Part shown: positions 35,901 through 39,280 of the stretch, one piece after another | Position numbering within the stretch: the stretch's first letter is position 1 | Layout: each line of letters opens with the position of its first letter | IMG/VR virus record: IMGVR_UViG_3300016722_000141 | Span: 1-39,280 of that record | Length of the DNA: 39,280 nt | Strand: one strand, 5' to 3' | Source: a virus | Taxonomy: Duplodnaviria > Caudoviricetes | Notes under the pieces: model-generated | Databases searched by the model: none | Told to the model about the DNA's origin: nothing | The model's input: only the letters and a program-made list of their open reading frames with translations | Made by a program: the position numbers and the translations under genes

Positions 35901-37005
35901 AAATGCTGCAATAGTACCTTATATGTTTACTCACCCTACTGCCATCATTAAGGATGAGCTCAAGGCAAGAGGTATGTCGCAAAAAGAATTGGCAGAGCGC
36001 ATGGACATGAAACCGTCTAATCTTAGTAGACTATTGAAAGGAGAAAATTTAACTCCATCAATTGCTGCAAAATTGGAGCGTGCTTTGGATATTCCTGCTA
36101 ACTTATGGTTAAGTTTACAAACTCAATACGATAAAGATGTGAAGGCTATAAATATCCGAGACGAGCAGGAAAGAGCATCTTTTAATACTGAGCGAATGCT
36201 CTCTACAATATTGAACTTACCTGAATTATATAAACGTCTAAATATTAATACTTCTTTTTTTATTCAAAAAAAACTCCAAATATTACAAGATTTATTAGGT
36301 TTTCAACCATTAGATATTCGGGAAAAAAGATTTGCTCAACAAATTTGTTATAAAAAAAGTGATAAATTGAATATAGATGAGAAAAATCAAGCGACATGGC
36401 TTACATTGGCTTATATTAATGCAAGAGGCATTTGTTTAAAATCATCTTATTCGAAAGGGAATGCTCTTACAGCAGCAAAGGAAATATCTCAGAAGGTTCA
36501 TATTGAAAATCTTTCAGAAAAAAAAATTCAACAGATATTAAATAATAATGGTATTGTTTATGCTGTAGTCGAAAAATTAGAAAAAGCTCCAATTGATGCA
36601 GTGTCTATTAAGGTGGAAAATCATCCTGCAATTGTGACAACTCATCGACACAATGATATGAGCCGGTTAGTATTCAATATCCTTCATGAATTAGGTCACA
36701 TTGAATTACACATGAATGAAGATTCGAACAATGCTGTGTTTATATCATTTGACGAAGCCTATTCTATGAATAATTCACAGGAAAAAGAAGCTAATGAGTT
36801 TGCGGAAAATATGCTAATTGATCAAGTTTTATGGGAAAAAATAATGCATACTGAAACTAATAGTTTATATAGTAGCAACATTGTCAATAAATTAAGGAGA
36901 CTCTCTGAAGAGAACCATTTAGATTTTAACATCGTTATATGGCGATATAAATATGAGAGCCATCATTATAATTTATATGGTGTAAAGCCTACTCATATAC
37001 GATAA
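35887..37005 (+). CDS. higA: HigA antitoxin (XRE HTH) fused to ImmA/IrrE-type metallopeptidase
   Basis: HP..IIKDELKARGMSQKELA HTH; FNILHELGH and EKEANEFA motifs. Confidence 0.88.
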   Translation: METSRNAAIVPYMFTHPTAIIKDELKARGMSQKELAERMDMKPSNLSRLLKGENLTPSIAAKLERALDIPANLWLSLQTQYDKDVKAINIRDEQERASFNTERMLSTILNLPELYKRLNINTSFFIQKKLQILQDLLGFQPLDIREKRFAQQICYKKSDKLNIDEKNQATWLTLAYINARGICLKSSYSKGNALTAAKEISQKVHIENLSEKKIQQILNNNGIVYAVVEKLEKAPIDAVSIKVENHPAIVTTHRHNDMSRLVFNILHELGHIELHMNEDSNNAVFISFDEAYSMNNSQEKEANEFAENMLIDQVLWEKIMHTETNSLYSSNIVNKLRRLSEENHLDFNIVIWRYKYESHHYNLYGVKPTHIR

Positions 37006-37134
37006 CTATATTAAAAACAGATATGCTAGATAAAACAAGTATTACATCTGCTATGTTACTCTCTTATGTGCCCTATTTTTATAGATCAAGATTTTTGCTA
37101 TCTTTGTGATTTATTACTCTTAAATTTAATTATC

Positions 37135-37410
37135 ATGAGATTTGAACTTGAAAAATTGACAGAAGAGCTGTTTTTTGCAAAAGACAGTAAAACAGGTATG
37201 ACTGCTAACTTTGACAGAGGTTTTAGCCGTGGAAATATTTCATATCATAACTTCGATCATCCCATTGGAAAGAGCCCTACAAAAGAAGAGATTGAAAGGG
37301 TACGAAATGAATGTGATATATTACATGCGTGGGTATTTAGCTTGGGAGAGAAATTAAACGAAATAAGAGCAGGAGGAAAGTTAGGAGAAGATACTAATTT
37401 ATTCTATTAA
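37135..37410 (+). CDS. Hypothetical protein (moron)
   Basis: Own -7 box TATCTTTG at 37099-37106; ATG 37135. Confidence 0.6.
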   Translation: MRFELEKLTEELFFAKDSKTGMTANFDRGFSRGNISYHNFDHPIGKSPTKEEIERVRNECDILHAWVFSLGEKLNEIRAGGKLGEDTNLFY

Positions 37411-37411
37411 T

Positions 37412-37441
37412 AAAAAAAGACGGTTTTTCAACCGCCTTTTT
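37412..37441. terminator. Bidirectional terminator
   Basis: A-run, AAGACGGTT-TTTC-AACCGCCTT, T-run between convergent genes. Confidence 0.6.
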
Positions 37442-37739
37442 ACTTTATTATAGGTCGCAGTTCTACTGTAAATCCCATAGCAGCAACTATACGATAAAAG
37501 GTGGATACGGTAGGGACTGTAAGGCCTCTTTCTACTCTTGAAATATATCCCTTATCCATTCCTATGCGTTTAGCAAGTTCTTCTTGCGTTAATCCCGCTT
37601 TTTTGCGGGCTTCCAGCAATATTTGTGCATTATATTCATCCCATGCTTGTCCGATTGCTTTCTCACGGCTAGGTGAACCTATTTTGCCAAATTTTGCAGT
37701 AAGTTCGGCACTTACATCATAAATTTCATCTTTGCCCAT
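37440..37739 (-). CDS. XRE-family HTH antitoxin
   Basis: LEARKKAGLTQEELAKRIGMDKGYISRVERG; overlaps the toxin stop. Confidence 0.88.
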   Translation of the reverse strand: MGKDEIYDVSAELTAKFGKIGSPSREKAIGQAWDEYNAQILLEARKKAGLTQEELAKRIGMDKGYISRVERGLTVPTVSTFYRIVAAMGFTVELRPIIK

Positions 37740-38049
37740 AATATTCATTTTTTAATTTTATTGCTTTTTCTATCTCGCTATTCGGAGTCTTTTGAGTTTT
37801 CTTCCTCAAACAGTTCAATAATACTACAATGCTATCCCCGTCGTATATAAAAAGAAGCCGGAATTCATTATTGCCGTAGTTAACTCGAAACTCATATATA
37901 TCATTGCGAATAAATTTAATGTAATGATAGGGTATTTTATCTTCCGTTTCAAGCAGCAACAAAGCCCTTTGTATCTTTTTTTGCTCTCTTTCCGAAAGCT
38001 TTGACATAAATTCAGAATAGTATTTCTTATATGCGATTATCTTTTTCAT
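37726..38049 (-). CDS. RelE/ParE (Gp49-like) toxin
   Basis: IYEFRV...FRLLF...VLLNCLRKKTQKTP.SEIEKA. Confidence 0.9.
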   Translation of the reverse strand: MKKIIAYKKYYSEFMSKLSEREQKKIQRALLLLETEDKIPYHYIKFIRNDIYEFRVNYGNNEFRLLFIYDGDSIVVLLNCLRKKTQKTPNSEIEKAIKLKNEYYGQR

Positions 38050-38152
38050 ACAAAAATAATAAATGTTATACAGTTATACAACTTTTTATGGATGTTTTTA
38101 ATTGATATATTATAAGGTATATGCATTATTAAAAAATGGCACATCCAAAAGG

Positions 38153-39280
38153 CTATAGCAATTTTTCTATAACATTTCTTTCAACGGTTGTCTTTAGTAC
38201 TTTTGCATAAATTTGAGTCGTCTTAATATCTTTATGCCCGAGCATCCTCGAAACAGTTTCAATAGGTACATTGTGTGCAAGCGCTATTGTAGTTGCAAAT
38301 GTATGTCTTGCGACGTGAGAAGTCAATGGCTTGTGTATTCCTAAAGAGTGTTCAATCACATGAAGATAAATATCGTATTTTTCATTTGTCATTACAGGAA
38401 GTTCGTAGTCATATTTTTTAAGGACTTCCAAGGCTGGAGGTAGTATAGGAGTATAAAAACTTGTTCCGGTTTTGTATCTTTTGCCGTCAATATAATATAC
38501 GCCGTTACTTTCTATTACTTCATCCATTGAAAATAATTGCATGTCTGCATAGCTTAATCCTGTATAAATTTGGAAAATGAACATGTCCCGTACTTTGTTT
38601 AATACGGGAGTGAAATTTGTAGATGAAATTAAGTCGATCTCATTTTGTAATAATGGTATGCGCTCTTTGTATTTACCATTTTTCGTAATGAAGATATTAT
38701 ATGGATTGTTTTCAATTAATCCCAGCCTGTAAGCTTTCAATACGTAAGGCTTAATTCTCTTATGATAATCATAAATCGTTGTTTGTACTCTACGGGGATT
38801 TTCAGCTCTCAGAAAATTATCGAAAAGCTGTAAATTTGCAGGTGTGATAGAATCAAAAGATTTTATTTTTCCGAAACGTTCCAGAGCTTCGAAAGCGACC
38901 ATTACTTGTTTTCTCGTAGAGTCTCTAATATTTGATTTATTAATTTCTTTATAGGAAAAGTCCAAAAAATCTGAATATAGAGGTTTTGTAGGAGGGTTAT
39001 AAATTTCGTTGAAATTCTCGATTGTGTTACAAATTCCATCCACTTCCATAGAGTGTAACACACCCTCTATTTCTTTTCGCTTTTTTGATATTATTCTATT
39101 CATTTCCAATGAATTATCATGATTTACCACATGGTCTGTAAATTGATAATCATATACAAAAACACCTGTTGGAATGTACTTTCGTGTGTTACGCGAAAAA
39201 TAAACTTCAATTTCAACGGCACCTTTTGTTACATTTGATGCCTTTTTTCGTCTGTCGAAAATTGTTTTTAAATTTGCCAT
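38153..39280 (-). CDS. int: Tyrosine integrase (Bacteroides type)
   Basis: YTGLSYAD, RYKT, HVARHTFAT, LGHKDIKTTQIY; N-terminal arm-binding-like region. Confidence 0.95.
   Translation of the reverse strand: MANLKTIFDRRKKASNVTKGAVEIEVYFSRNTRKYIPTGVFVYDYQFTDHVVNHDNSLEMNRIISKKRKEIEGVLHSMEVDGICNTIENFNEIYNPPTKPLYSDFLDFSYKEINKSNIRDSTRKQVMVAFEALERFGKIKSFDSITPANLQLFDNFLRAENPRRVQTTIYDYHKRIKPYVLKAYRLGLIENNPYNIFITKNGKYKERIPLLQNEIDLISSTNFTPVLNKVRDMFIFQIYTGLSYADMQLFSMDEVIESNGVYYIDGKRYKTGTSFYTPILPPALEVLKKYDYELPVMTNEKYDIYLHVIEHSLGIHKPLTSHVARHTFATTIALAHNVPIETVSRMLGHKDIKTTQIYAKVLKTTVERNVIEKLL

Larger units (their letters stand above)
1..39280. mobile_element. Temperate siphovirus (HK97-like head) prophage or phage genome, Bacteroidota host
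   Basis: Complete modular gene set: repressor, replication, terminase, portal, protease, capsid, tail, lysis, integrase; Bacteroidota-type promoters. att sites not visible. Confidence 0.95.

Noticed and set aside
38540-38570. Integrase inactive because Ser replaces the first catalytic Arg (TGLSYAD)
   Set aside because: This substitution is common in functional Bacteroides integrases of the IntDOT type.

Overview
The window is an almost complete temperate siphovirus genome or prophage with an HK97-type head, from a Bacteroidota host (TTTG-N20-TAnnTTTG promoters, DUF3127/DUF4494-type genes, Bacteroides-type tyrosine integrase). Order: an AT-rich cargo cassette downstream of the repressor (CapRel-like fused toxSAS, a decayed small basic peptide, a metallophosphoesterase-STAND NTPase); cI/cro switch; early region with two tRNA-like RNAs and several structured non-coding stretches; recombination and replication genes (two carry +1 frameshifts); hicAB; HNH/cos/terminase; head, tail and lysis genes; two more toxin-antitoxin modules; integrase. 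The att sites lie outside the window. The best candidates for something new are the cI-linked metallophosphoesterase-STAND + peptide + CapRel defence cassette, the anticodon-defective tRNA mimics, and a four-copy TGTC(C/G)GACA-N7-GGTT late-gene motif. All protein calls come from reading motifs and synteny by eye; no database searches were run.
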